From the IMG/VR virus record IMGVR_UViG_3300032103_000216, positions 1-49,799 of that record: DNA of 49,799 bases. One strand, 5' to 3'. Origin of the DNA: a virus (lineage: Duplodnaviria > Caudoviricetes). Under the pieces are notes generated by a model. That model was not told the origin of the DNA. It saw nothing but the letters and a program-made list of their open reading frames with translations, and searched no databases. A program made the position numbers and the translations under genes. Shown here one piece after another: positions 30,152 to 39,300 of the stretch. Numbering within the stretch: the stretch's first letter is position 1; each line of letters begins with the position of its first letter.

Positions 30152-30224
30152 TGCTCACGATAGGACTCGAACCTATAACCGACATGGTATAAGCATGTTG
30201 CTCTCACCATTGAGCTACGTGAGC
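30152..30224 (-). tRNA. tRNA-Ile(TAT)
   Basis: Loop CTTATAC. Confidence 0.85.
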
Positions 30225-30268
30225 ATATATCGTCCAATAAAGGACGAATATACTAAAAATTTACCAAA

Positions 30269-30280
30269 ATGTCAATGAAC
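30269..30280 (-). promoter_or_regulatory. rrn-type boxA-like element
   Basis: GTTCATTGACAT between tRNAs. Confidence 0.5.
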
Positions 30281-30287
30281 TCTAATG

Positions 30288-30360
30288 TGTGGGTAGTCGG
30301 TTACGATCCGACCTCTCTGGATTTTCAGTCCAGTGCTTTCACCAGATTAGCTTTACCCAC
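30288..30360 (-). tRNA. tRNA-Phe(GAA)
   Basis: Loop CTGAAAA, variant T loop ATCGTAA. Confidence 0.82.
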
Positions 30361-30366
30361 ATTATG

Positions 30367-30438
30367 TGGGACTAACAGGAATCGAACCTGCGCTATACGC
30401 TTTTCAGGCGTACACTCTACCTACTGAGTTATAGTCCC
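30367..30438 (-). tRNA. tRNA-Phe(GAA)
   Basis: Loop CTGAAAA. Confidence 0.9.
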
Positions 30439-30448
30439 AAAATTTTTG

Positions 30449-30520
30449 AGGGAAGGGTGGGGATCGAACCCACGACAGGCAGATTAACAATCTGCTGTTC
30501 TACCTCTGAACTACCGACCC
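30449..30520 (-). tRNA. tRNA-Asn(GTT)
   Basis: Loop TTGTTAA, two acceptor mismatches. Confidence 0.82.
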
Positions 30521-30522
30521 AT

Positions 30523-30556
30523 AAAACAAAAAACCCGACTTTTTAGATCGGGTTTT
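30523..30556 (-). terminator. attenuator terminator of tRNA operon 1
   Basis: AAACCCGAT-CTAAAAA-GTCGGGTTT followed by TTTGTTTT, directly before tRNA-Asn. Confidence 0.85.
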
Positions 30557-30576
30557 CTCTTTTTTTTTGTTAGTTT

Positions 30577-30699
30577 TTAACTAACTGTAATATCCAAAGA
30601 ATAACCCGACTTTTTATGGCAAGAGCCAAAAAAATTACTTCCTGATATAGAATTACTATTCAGGTTGCAAAAGTTATTATTTAGATTGACTAATTTCAT
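30577..30699 (-). CDS. tRNA-operon leader peptide 1 (MKLVNLNNNFCNLNSNSISGSNFFGSCHKKSGYSLDITVS)
   Basis: Lies between promoter and terminator and contains antiterminator AAAAAGTCGGGTT (30603-30615). Codons match the downstream tRNAs. Confidence 0.8.
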   Translation of the reverse strand: MKLVNLNNNFCNLNSNSISGSNFFGSCHKKSGYSLDITVS

Positions 30700-30715
30700 T
30701 TCTCTGATTTTTTTA

Positions 30716-30754
30716 CAAAGTTACACATAAATACGTTCTTGTCAAGAAAAAGTT
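30716..30754 (-). promoter_or_regulatory. composite tRNA-operon promoter
   Basis: AAC...CTTGAC-N4-ACGTATTTA...TAACTTTG, conserved at 34099 and 42204. Confidence 0.8.
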
Positions 30755-30763
30755 TACTTTTTT

Positions 30764-31252
30764 TTACAAAAGTTTATAATTTTCAACATTAACATCTTCA
30801 ATCTTTTTAAAAATCACAGGATTTGTTTCTAACCATCTTTCAACATCGACATGATCATATTTAAAGACAAGTAGACAAGTAGATTCACTTTTAGTAACAT
30901 CTACAGTTTCAATCCAATCAAATATTCTTTTTCTGAGAACATCTTTTTTTAATTTCAATAATTCATTCCTTAAAAGAACATATCGAATATCTTGAAATAT
31001 CTCATTGTTTTCATCTTCATTTAAAAAATATTCTCCATCAATTCTTGATAAGAATATTAATGCAATAACATGAGTGCCATAATCTAACCAAGCATCAATA
31101 CCAAAGCAATCTGAATCATGGTGATTTGAGCCATACCCAAAACCACAATTGGGGCAACCATCTAAAAGATAGTACCCCAATGATCCACAGCGTTGAAACA
31201 TCTTGTTGTAATTACAACAAGGGCATTTACCACCAATTGCCTCAGTTAGCAT
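30764..31252 (-). CDS. zinc-ribbon hypothetical protein
   Basis: CPCC...CPNCG. Confidence 0.65.
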   Translation of the reverse strand: MLTEAIGGKCPCCNYNKMFQRCGSLGYYLLDGCPNCGFGYGSNHHDSDCFGIDAWLDYGTHVIALIFLSRIDGEYFLNEDENNEIFQDIRYVLLRNELLKLKKDVLRKRIFDWIETVDVTKSESTCLLVFKYDHVDVERWLETNPVIFKKIEDVNVENYKLL

Positions 31253-31523
31253 TCTCCAATTTCTTGTATTTCAAGATTGTTGTTTTAGATAAACCAAAAT
31301 GTTTTGCTGCAGCATTCAATGAATTCTTACAAGTAAAACTTTTAATTTGCTTTACAACAGATTTCTCAATTGGATTCAACTTTAAGCCGATATCATCCAA
31401 ACCCTCATTTTGACAATGATACGAAATAGTTGATTTGGCACAGTTCAATTTTTCTGCAATCTGGTTGTATGTCAACTTTCGCTTACGTAATTCAATGATT
31501 TTTTCTTTTAAACCGAAATTCAT
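31242..31523 (-). CDS. helix-turn-helix protein
   Basis: TYNQIAEKLNCAKSTISYH plus a second HTH-like segment. Confidence 0.7.
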   Translation of the reverse strand: MNFGLKEKIIELRKRKLTYNQIAEKLNCAKSTISYHCQNEGLDDIGLKLNPIEKSVVKQIKSFTCKNSLNAAAKHFGLSKTTILKYKKLENAN

Positions 31524-31558
31524 AGTTATTTAGTTTAGAACATTAAAATTTGATGTGT

Positions 31559-31584
31559 TATACGAGAATAACCTAATTTTGGTT
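31559..31584 (-). promoter_or_regulatory. putative ECF-sigma promoter AAC-N17-CGTATA
   Basis: Exact spacing, upstream of the ATG at 31523. Confidence 0.6.
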
Positions 31585-31618
31585 ATTTTAACTTAATTAA
31601 AATTACTTAACTATCTAA

Positions 31619-31867
31619 TTAGTCAATATCATATATAGTTTTTTGCGTAGTATTAATTGCTACTTTAATAGTTTTAAGTATTTCAACTTTATATATTACT
31701 ACCTCAAGAGTATCATTAAAACCTAATTGGTTAAAATTGCTTTTTATATTTTTAATAACCTCTTCCTCATTATCAAAGCCTTCTTTTGGATATGCTTCTA
31801 ATCCATATTTATCGATATCTTTAACTAATTGATAATCATAAAAAACTTCTTTAATTTTTTTGCTCAT
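31619..31867 (-). CDS. hypothetical protein
   Basis: ATGA overlap with the upstream stop (MSKKIK). Confidence 0.6.
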   Translation of the reverse strand: MSKKIKEVFYDYQLVKDIDKYGLEAYPKEGFDNEEEVIKNIKSNFNQLGFNDTLEVVIYKVEILKTIKVAINTTQKTIYDID

Positions 31868-32349
31868 ATGCCAGTATATTTTTTTATATAAAAAATGTCT
31901 AATTCCCACTGAAATTTACTTCTTTTTTTCCATATTTCAAATGATTCAGCAATATATTTTATGGCTTCTTTTTTAGACATGTTATTAACCTTTACTAATT
32001 GATTAATAACAATATGTTCCTCTCCATTCATCTGTGCTAAACCAACATGTTTTGTTTTATGACAATAAGGACATAATGCAATAAGACCTGTAAGTATTTG
32101 TTTGTGATTGGCATCATCATAATGCCATATTTCATGACATTCTACATTATGATTAAATCCTTGTTCATTACCAGTAGCACCACAGATTTCACATTTATGA
32201 TTTGCAAGTTTATAACATTTTTTTCGTATTATGTCCCAAGTAAATTCAGACACATGACTACGAACATTAGTGTACCAACATGTACTTGGTACTAATTCAA
32301 TTGTAAGACGTAATTGGGTTTTATCCATTTCAAAAAATGAAAGTTCCAT
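31864..32349 (-). CDS. HNH endonuclease family protein
   Basis: ELVP..W..NVRS, CEICG, ECHEIW.Y, LCPYCHKTKH. Confidence 0.8.
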   Translation of the reverse strand: MELSFFEMDKTQLRLTIELVPSTCWYTNVRSHVSEFTWDIIRKKCYKLANHKCEICGATGNEQGFNHNVECHEIWHYDDANHKQILTGLIALCPYCHKTKHVGLAQMNGEEHIVINQLVKVNNMSKKEAIKYIAESFEIWKKRSKFQWELDIFYIKKYTGI

Positions 32350-32395
32350 AGTTGTGGCGTTAAGCCTAACGGCAAGTCACTTTCAACCCACCTCG

Positions 32396-32467
32396 TTGTC
32401 GATAACAGAATCGAACTGTTGACTGCTTGTGTATCAGACAAGTACTCTACCACTGAGTTAATCAACA
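32396..32467 (-). tRNA. tRNA-Ile(GAT)
   Basis: Loop CTGATAC. Confidence 0.85.
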
Positions 32468-32518
32468 AAATATTAAGGATTCCATACCTAAAAGGGAAGT
32501 CACCCATAACCCACCTCG

Positions 32519-32593
32519 TAGTCATAACAGGATTTGAACCTGTACTCTCAAAATTATCAGTTTTGCGCTTTAACCAAATTAAGCTACATGACC
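32519..32593 (-). tRNA. tRNA-Ile(GAT)
   Basis: Loop CTGATAA. Confidence 0.9.
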
Positions 32594-32997
32594 ATTATCT
32601 ATATTTGTTAGATATATAATCTTTATATAGTGTTTGTGATAATAAATATGTTTTACAAGAATCAGTAAATATTATGGTGGTTTGTTCATTCCAAATAAAA
32701 CAATCTCCTACAGATTGTGCTTTATATTCACAAATTCCATTACCAACATTTTTTTTTCTCTTATTTGATAAATAACACCATCACAAGTATCACAACTAAT
32801 AATAATGTAATTACTAAAATAATCAATAATAATTTTCTCATATTTAATATATAAGAAATTCACGCACTTTTTAGAATTAATTATTTTCTGTGAATGAATT
32901 CTTATCATTAAATACTTAATATCTATTACTTTATTTTACATTAATATTTTTATAGCTAATCACCCAATTGAGTTTGTTTTAATTATTAATTTTTTTG

Positions 32998-33070
32998 TAC
33001 CCTTAGTAGGATTCGAACCTACATCTGATGAATCGAACTCATCAATTTTTATCCATTAAACTATAAAGGT
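32998..33070 (-). tRNA. tRNA-Arg(TCG)
   Basis: GATGA-GTTCGAT-TCATC anticodon arm. Confidence 0.8.
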
Positions 33071-33129
33071 ATTGTTTACCATTTTTTTATTGCATTACCA
33101 CTAATTACAAAATCGAACCTTTATTTATG

Positions 33130-33201
33130 TACTCTTAATAGGAATCGAACCTATATCTAATGCTTCGCAAGCATTTATTTTTTCCGTTAAACTATAAGAG
33201 T
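33130..33201 (-). tRNA. tRNA-Arg(GCG)
   Basis: AATGC-TTGCGAA-GCATT anticodon arm. Confidence 0.8.
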
Positions 33202-33203
33202 AT

Positions 33204-33305
33204 GCTCCGACTTTTACTTATCCGCATTTCGGATACCTATTGATGGTGGTTGTTTCAGTCGGCAACCAGAAGGTTTACAATGACTACGCTAACCTACAAA
33301 CCCTG
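33204..33305 (-). ncRNA. candidate pseudoknotted RNA between Arg tRNAs
   Basis: Three hairpins. Loop CCGACT is complementary to the 3' AGTCGG. Confidence 0.4.
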
Positions 33306-33307
33306 CG

Positions 33308-33380
33308 TACACCTAACAGGACTCGAACCTGTACTTTTCTCGTTAGAAGCGAGAAGTTCTTCCAATTAAACTATAGATGC
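33308..33380 (-). tRNA. tRNA-Arg(TCT)
   Basis: Loop CTTCTAA. Confidence 0.88.
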
Positions 33381-33410
33381 ATATATTATCACATTTAAAT
33401 GTGAAAGTAG

Positions 33411-33482
33411 TACCCCCGATAGGAATCGAACCTATATCAAATGATTAGAAGTCACTTATTTTATCCATTAAACTACAGGGGC
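33411..33482 (-). tRNA. tRNA-Arg(TCT)
   Basis: Loop CTTCTAA. Confidence 0.9.
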
Positions 33483-33490
33483 ATCTAAAT

Positions 33491-33733
33491 TTAGAATCCA
33501 ATTCCAAATTTAACTACAGTATCATCACCTAAATCATTTTTAACACTAATTTTCAATACCTTTTTTAAGTCAGTTGAAAACAAATAGTCAAAAACATCTA
33601 AGTTAATAGTAACTACTTTGCTACTGCGTTCTTTTTTAAAAATTTTAATTGAATTTACGTCTTCAATTTTTAGTAAATCAAATTCATTCATTAATTTGAA
33701 TTTACCACTTACAATATCTTTTACTGTAAACAT
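33491..33733 (-). CDS. hypothetical protein within the tRNA operon
   Basis: 80-aa ATG ORF filling the gap between tRNAs. Confidence 0.65.
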   Translation of the reverse strand: MFTVKDIVSGKFKLMNEFDLLKIEDVNSIKIFKKERSSKVVTINLDVFDYLFSTDLKKVLKISVKNDLGDDTVVKFGIGF

Positions 33734-33748
33734 AATTATTTAATTTTG

Positions 33749-33834
33749 AGCTTGGAGTGGGATTCGAACCCACGTGAAGGTATTACCTCTCCTGATTACA
33801 AGTCAGGTGCAATCGACCACTATGCGACCCAAGC
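33749..33834 (-). tRNA. tRNA-Thr(TGT) with long variable arm
   Basis: CCTGA-CTTGTAA-TCAGG, variable hairpin GAGGT-AAT-ACCTT. Confidence 0.8.
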
Positions 33835-33844
33835 AAAACCCAAT

Positions 33845-33856
33845 ATGTCAAAGAAC
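33845..33856 (-). promoter_or_regulatory. rrn-type boxA-like element
   Basis: GTTCTTTGACAT after the first tRNA of the operon. Confidence 0.55.
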
Positions 33857-33866
33857 CTTTTATCCG

Positions 33867-33938
33867 AGCCAAGACTAAGAATCGAACTTAGGTTTTTACT
33901 CTACCAAAGTAACGTAATTTCAACTATACTATCAAGGC
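33867..33938 (-). tRNA. tRNA-Thr(GGT)
   Basis: TTACT-TTGGTAG-AGTAA anticodon arm. Confidence 0.82.
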
Positions 33939-33942
33939 TTAT

Positions 33943-33976
33943 AAACAAAAAAACCCGATTATTTTTAATCGGGTTT
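33943..33976 (-). terminator. attenuator terminator of tRNA operon 2
   Basis: AAACCCGATTA-AAAA-TAATCGGGTTT followed by TTTTGTTT. Confidence 0.88.
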
Positions 33977-34005
33977 AAGTGTTTATGATATTTTTATAAA
34001 AAAAT

Positions 34006-34080
34006 TTACACAATAAACCCGTTAGATGACGTAGTACGTCTTTTTCTTGTAATTCGGGTAATTTTAATTAAATTTTTCAT
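34006..34080 (-). CDS. tRNA-operon leader peptide 2 (MKNLIKITRITRKRRTTSSNGFIV)
   Basis: Thr/Arg/Ile codon cluster followed by antiterminator CGGGTTTA, upstream of Thr/Arg/Ile tRNAs. Confidence 0.82.
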   Translation of the reverse strand: MKNLIKITRITRKRRTTSSNGFIV

Positions 34081-34098
34081 TATTTTCAATATTTTATG

Positions 34099-34138
34099 CA
34101 AATATACTACTAAATACGTTAAAGTCAAGAAAAAAGTT
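34099..34138 (-). promoter_or_regulatory. composite tRNA-operon promoter
   Basis: AAC...CTTGAC-N4-ACGTATTTA...TATATTTG. Confidence 0.8.
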
Positions 34139-34833
34139 TATTTTCTTTGAATTATTTCATCAACAATTCCATATTCTAAGGCTTCAATACCTTTCATCCA
34201 GTAGTCTCTGTCACAATCCTTCTCTATTTGTTCAAGAGTTTTCTCTTTACCTTTTGGTAGGTGCATTTGAATGATTTCGTAAAGTTCTGTTTTGATGATA
34301 TGAATTTGTTTATAGCTAATTTCCATATCTGATGCTTGACCTTGCATACCACCTAATGGTTGATGTAGCATAATTCTTGAGTATGGTAAAGAGTATCTTT
34401 TACCTGCAGCACCAGATGCCAATAAAATTGCACCCATTGATGCTGCTAATGAAATTGCGACAGTTGATACATCTGGTGTAATGTATTGCATTACGTCACG
34501 AATACCGTAACCAGCGTAAACAGAGCCACCGGGAGAGTTAATATACATCGTGATATCTCTCTTCGGGTCAAGATTATCTAAGAAAAGTAATTGTGCAGTA
34601 ACAACATTACATACAAGATCATCAATTGGCATACCAAGAAATATGATCCTATCCTGCATTAATCTTGAGAATACATCAATTTCTCTAAAGTTCATTTGAC
34701 GTTCTTCAATAATGGAACGTGTCATGTCAGTGATACCATGATTCATTTGAGCATTATCATACCTATGTAATGTTAATGATGAAATGCCCATGTGATTTAC
34801 GGCATAATTTTTAAATTCTTTGCTGATATTCAT
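34138..34833 (-). CDS. clpP: ATP-dependent Clp protease proteolytic subunit
   Basis: DVFSRLMQDRIIFLG, YINSPGGSV, AASMGA, RIMLHQPLGG, DRDYWM. Confidence 0.95.
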   Translation of the reverse strand: MNISKEFKNYAVNHMGISSLTLHRYDNAQMNHGITDMTRSIIEERQMNFREIDVFSRLMQDRIIFLGMPIDDLVCNVVTAQLLFLDNLDPKRDITMYINSPGGSVYAGYGIRDVMQYITPDVSTVAISLAASMGAILLASGAAGKRYSLPYSRIMLHQPLGGMQGQASDMEISYKQIHIIKTELYEIIQMHLPKGKEKTLEQIEKDCDRDYWMKGIEALEYGIVDEIIQRK

Positions 34834-34926
34834 AATTTAATTTTAAGTTTAACAAAAATAATGAAATTAGATTTTATTGTCAATAATTATAAAATTTTAC
34901 ATAGCTAATTTTTGTATTTATATTTG

Positions 34927-35211
34927 ATGAAAAGAATTTTAATTAGATTAGGTATGACACTATTTTTATTGTTTGGTGTTGAATCTTGTGCTGTTTTTAA
35001 CGGTGGCACGTATGACAAAAATCCATGTTTTTATTTAGACAATCAAAATATGAAAATTGAGTGTTTAAAATGGAGAGAAAATTATCCTAGAGAATATAAT
35101 AATTTCTATGATAGAGTTAAGAGAAAATATATTGATTCAGTTTATTTATCGTTACCACCAAGAGTAGATTTTTTATTAAAAAAAAATGGTAAAGTCACAC
35201 CATTAAAATAA
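34927..35211 (+). CDS. putative lipoprotein
   Basis: MKRILIRLGMTLFLLFGVESC signal/lipobox-like N-terminus, TATTTATA upstream. Confidence 0.55.
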   Translation: MKRILIRLGMTLFLLFGVESCAVFNGGTYDKNPCFYLDNQNMKIECLKWRENYPREYNNFYDRVKRKYIDSVYLSLPPRVDFLLKKNGKVTPLK

Positions 35212-35523
35212 ATTCATTTAACTACGTCAATAACATATTGAATTTTTGGTGTATATTTTATACTCCAAACTTTAATGTAGTATTTATTTTTTTCTCTATC
35301 ATATCGATGTGCAATTAATCCAGAAAATAATTTAACTATTAAATTATACTGGTTTTTTGTTACTTCAATTGGTATGTCGTACAGTATTTTCTGTGTTTGT
35401 TTCCATATGGGCAATGTTTACATTTATTTTTACAACAATATCCTCTTTTTAAATGATATGCTTCTGTAAACACAAATTTACCAGATTCAATGTAGTAATC
35501 AATATTTTCCACTAATTTATTTT

Positions 35524-36069
35524 TCATTCATTATGATAATATACTTTATTACATAAACAAATAAAATCATCGTTTTTCAGTGATTTCTTAATTAAAAAGA
35601 TATCTTTGTGTACCCATTGAATATTTCCAGTAATGTAACCTTGTTCTGGAATTATAGTATCCAACATTGCCGTTGTTTTATCTGAATTATATGGATATCC
35701 TGAAAACTCTAAATCTAATCCAGATAATTTACATTTTTTATTTTGTTTTAAAACAATATCCCATGCTTCTTCAATTCTAACATTAAATATAATTTTTTTA
35801 CTTGAAGCATATCTTTTTATTTGTGCCCACATGTCGCCAGATATTTCACCATATCCTTTCCTATTCTTTAATCCAACTTCTTTTCTAGCACAATTAGAAC
35901 ATTGAGTTGATCTTCCATTCATTAATGAATTAGACTTAACCTCTAGAACATATCCACAATCACATTCACACAACCAGTATGTCAGGTTATTCTTTTTTTT
36001 AGGTAATGATTCAAGAACTGTCCACTTACCAAACTTTTTACCTTTCTCAATTAACAAGAATTTACGCAT
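35524..36069 (-). CDS. putative endonuclease (AP2/HNH-associated zinc-ribbon N-terminus)
   Basis: GKKFGKWTV...WLCECDCG...CSNC, C.LSG...D.I....GY..GNIQWVHKD. Confidence 0.65.
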   Translation of the reverse strand: MRKFLLIEKGKKFGKWTVLESLPKKKNNLTYWLCECDCGYVLEVKSNSLMNGRSTQCSNCARKEVGLKNRKGYGEISGDMWAQIKRYASSKKIIFNVRIEEAWDIVLKQNKKCKLSGLDLEFSGYPYNSDKTTAMLDTIIPEQGYITGNIQWVHKDIFLIKKSLKNDDFICLCNKVYYHNE

Positions 36070-36349
36070 ATTAATTACTTATTTTTTGATTCAAATATGT
36101 ATTGAGTATAATCCAACATTTTGTTCCTAATATGTGTACATTACATTAATATTAGTTTATATTTTATATTATTCTCATCTAATACTAGATTCTCATCTAA
36201 TACTAGATTTCCGTCTAATATAGTAAATTTTTTTATATTTGTCTCTTTTCTGACAATATTTAATAGATATTCTTCATGAAGAAATAATGTGACATACTCG
36301 TTATTAAGTATGTCACATATTTGATTATATACTTCTTTATGAAGGTAAA

Positions 36350-39300
36350 TTAACCGCATTTTGAGTTACCACAAGATACACAAGTTAAACAACCTTCTTT
36401 GTATTCAAGGTTTTCACTACCACAGCTTGGGCATTTACCATTACCTTTTTCACCATCTTGAAAATATCGCTTAATAACTCTGGCAACACCATTCTTCCAA
36501 GTATTAAGATGCTCATCATTTAAATTTAATGATTGAATTAAATTCAATACATAAACCATTGGCATCCCATGACGTAATACTGACGAAATCAATTTAGCAT
36601 AATTCCAGAATTCAGGATTAAAAGTATGATTTAATCCAGTGTGAACTTTCTTCTCTCCATTAACATCAACGTATTCAATGTCGTAACGCTTAGTACCATC
36701 ATCATACTTATTTTTTACAATTTCACATTCAGTAATATTTGTAGGCAATTCACTTAAACCATTTTCTAATTTACCTGTAAATATTTCATATGGTCTTCCA
36801 TCAAGTAAACCAACTACCGCAATCCACTTTTCAAGATTATTTTGAAAACGAATAATCTCACCTTTTAATCTTTTAGGTCTTTTAGGTGCATGATTATCTT
36901 TAAATAAGTTTTCCTTTTCTTTTTTCTTCTTATCTGTTTCAGAAATTAAAACACCAGAACGAGAGCCATCACGGTATACAGTAATACCTTTGCATTTTGA
37001 TCTCCATCCAGTTTCATATACTTTACCAACCATTTCTTCAGTGATTTCATTTGGTAAATTTACTGTTACAGAAATTGAATGATCTACATGTCTTTGTACC
37101 CGACCTTGCATTTCAACTTTCTTTACCCAATCAACATCGTTTGATGTAGCACCATAATATGGTGAAAGTTTAACAAGTTCATTAATCTGTTCATTAGTAT
37201 AATGTAGCTTAACATTTTCAACATCATAGCCATTTGCAACTAACCATGTTTCAAATTTATGATGAAATACAGGATACTCCATCCAAGTATCACCTAACTC
37301 ATCAACAAAATCAACACGAACATTTTTATCGTTAGGATTAATTTTTCTTCTACGAGTATAATATACCAAAAATACACACTCAATACCAGATGATGTTTGA
37401 GTCATAATAGATACTGAACCAGTAGGAGCAATTGTAAGTAAAGCAAGATTTCTTCTGCCATACTTAATCATTTGTTTATATAATTCAGGGTCTTCATTTT
37501 CAATTCTCTGAATGAATGGATTTTTTTCTTCACGTCTAAAGTCATACATAGGGAATGCACCACGTTCTTTAGCCATGATAACTGATGAACGATATGCTTC
37601 AAGTTTAAGTACTTTATGCACTTCTTCTGAAAAATCATTTGCTTTATCAGTACCATACTTTAAACCAAGTGCTGCAAGCATATCACCTTCAGCAGTAACA
37701 CCAAGACCTGTTCTACGACCTCTTGTTGCTTTATCTTTAATATTCAACCAAAGTTGTCTTTCAGCATTTTTTATGTGCTCAACTTCAGGATCGTTCTCAA
37801 TCTTAGTTAAAATTTTAACAACTTTTTCCAATTCAAGATCAACAATATCATCCATTAATCTTTCAGCAATAATCGCATCTTCTTTAAATGCTTCCCAATC
37901 AAAATATGCATCTTTGGTGAATGGATTTACAACATAACCATATAAGTTGATTGCTAATAAACGGCAAGAGTCGTTAGCACATAATGTAATTTCACCACAT
38001 CTTCTTGTTGATATACCATTAACTATAATATTTCTACCAATATCTTCTTTTAGACAGTAAACTGGTTCATTTTCACATACTTTAATTTCATTAATAGTAT
38101 CAGTTAATGAATCTGAAATTCTGTAATCATGCGTTGTATCAAATTTACTTTCTTTCACATTATCACCTATAAACCCAAAATATTTACAATAATTCACTAT
38201 TGATGAATTTATTGTTATTAATTCATATTGTGTTTTAGTACGATACATTTTATTACCACCATTTCCATCTGGTAGTGATGTCATTTTAGAATCTCTTCTT
38301 TTATAGATTTTAGTCATAACACCATTAGAATGTAATATCAATTGTATTTTTTCAAGTAAATTTTTATTACTTTGTGCTAACCTGATTGAAAAACCAGACC
38401 TTTTCGTACCTTGAATTGAACCATCACAATACATCAATGCTGCAACGTAATATTTACCAATGCTGGTTCTTGAATTTCTTAAAATAAATTCTGGTACATG
38501 ATGCTTAGTTTCCCTATTGAAATTACAGTACTTATCTAGAATAATAGCTAACCATTTGGATGTTATTCTAATTTTATCTGCATCAACAATGTCGCTACGC
38601 ATATATTTAGAATATAGTTTATTTTTTTCATTTACTTTTTCATCAAAATTTTGATATAGAGTATCAATCATATTAGTAACGAATTCATACATTCTTTCTT
38701 TATCTTCACCCCATAAATCTATATGAACTCTACCATTTTTTTTAGTAAATGTACCATCACCAGTAATTAACCCAATTAATGTAGCCATAATCTCATCTAA
38801 AGAAGTAGGTGTTAAACCAACAATAGAATCACCAACATTTGGTTGACTAATCAATATTTGATGTTCAGGTGTGATGTCTTTTGCCTCAATCATCCCATCT
38901 GTTGTTGCAATATGATGGTCAGGCGTACACTTTAATTTTAGTCCACTATTTAATGTTAACTCAATAATTTCTGCATCTGATTTCGTTAAAAATACATTAC
39001 TTGCATTTCTTTCTATTACACCTGATTCATCCATATTGATTTTCCAATTCTCTGGTTTTTCAATTCCATCATCAACATATGAAATTCTATTATCTGCAAG
39101 TATAGTGTTTTCAACACCTTCATCATTTAGTTTCCCAAATTTTACATACCCATTTTTAGTCAACAGATATTCCGATGCAGGAAAGCAAGGATTTGTTGAA
39201 ATTGTTTTAAACCCTAAATCAGCATAACAATCAGGAATAGATTCACGAATAATTGTATCCCAAAATAAGATTCCGGGTTCGGCTGATTTCCATGCATTAT

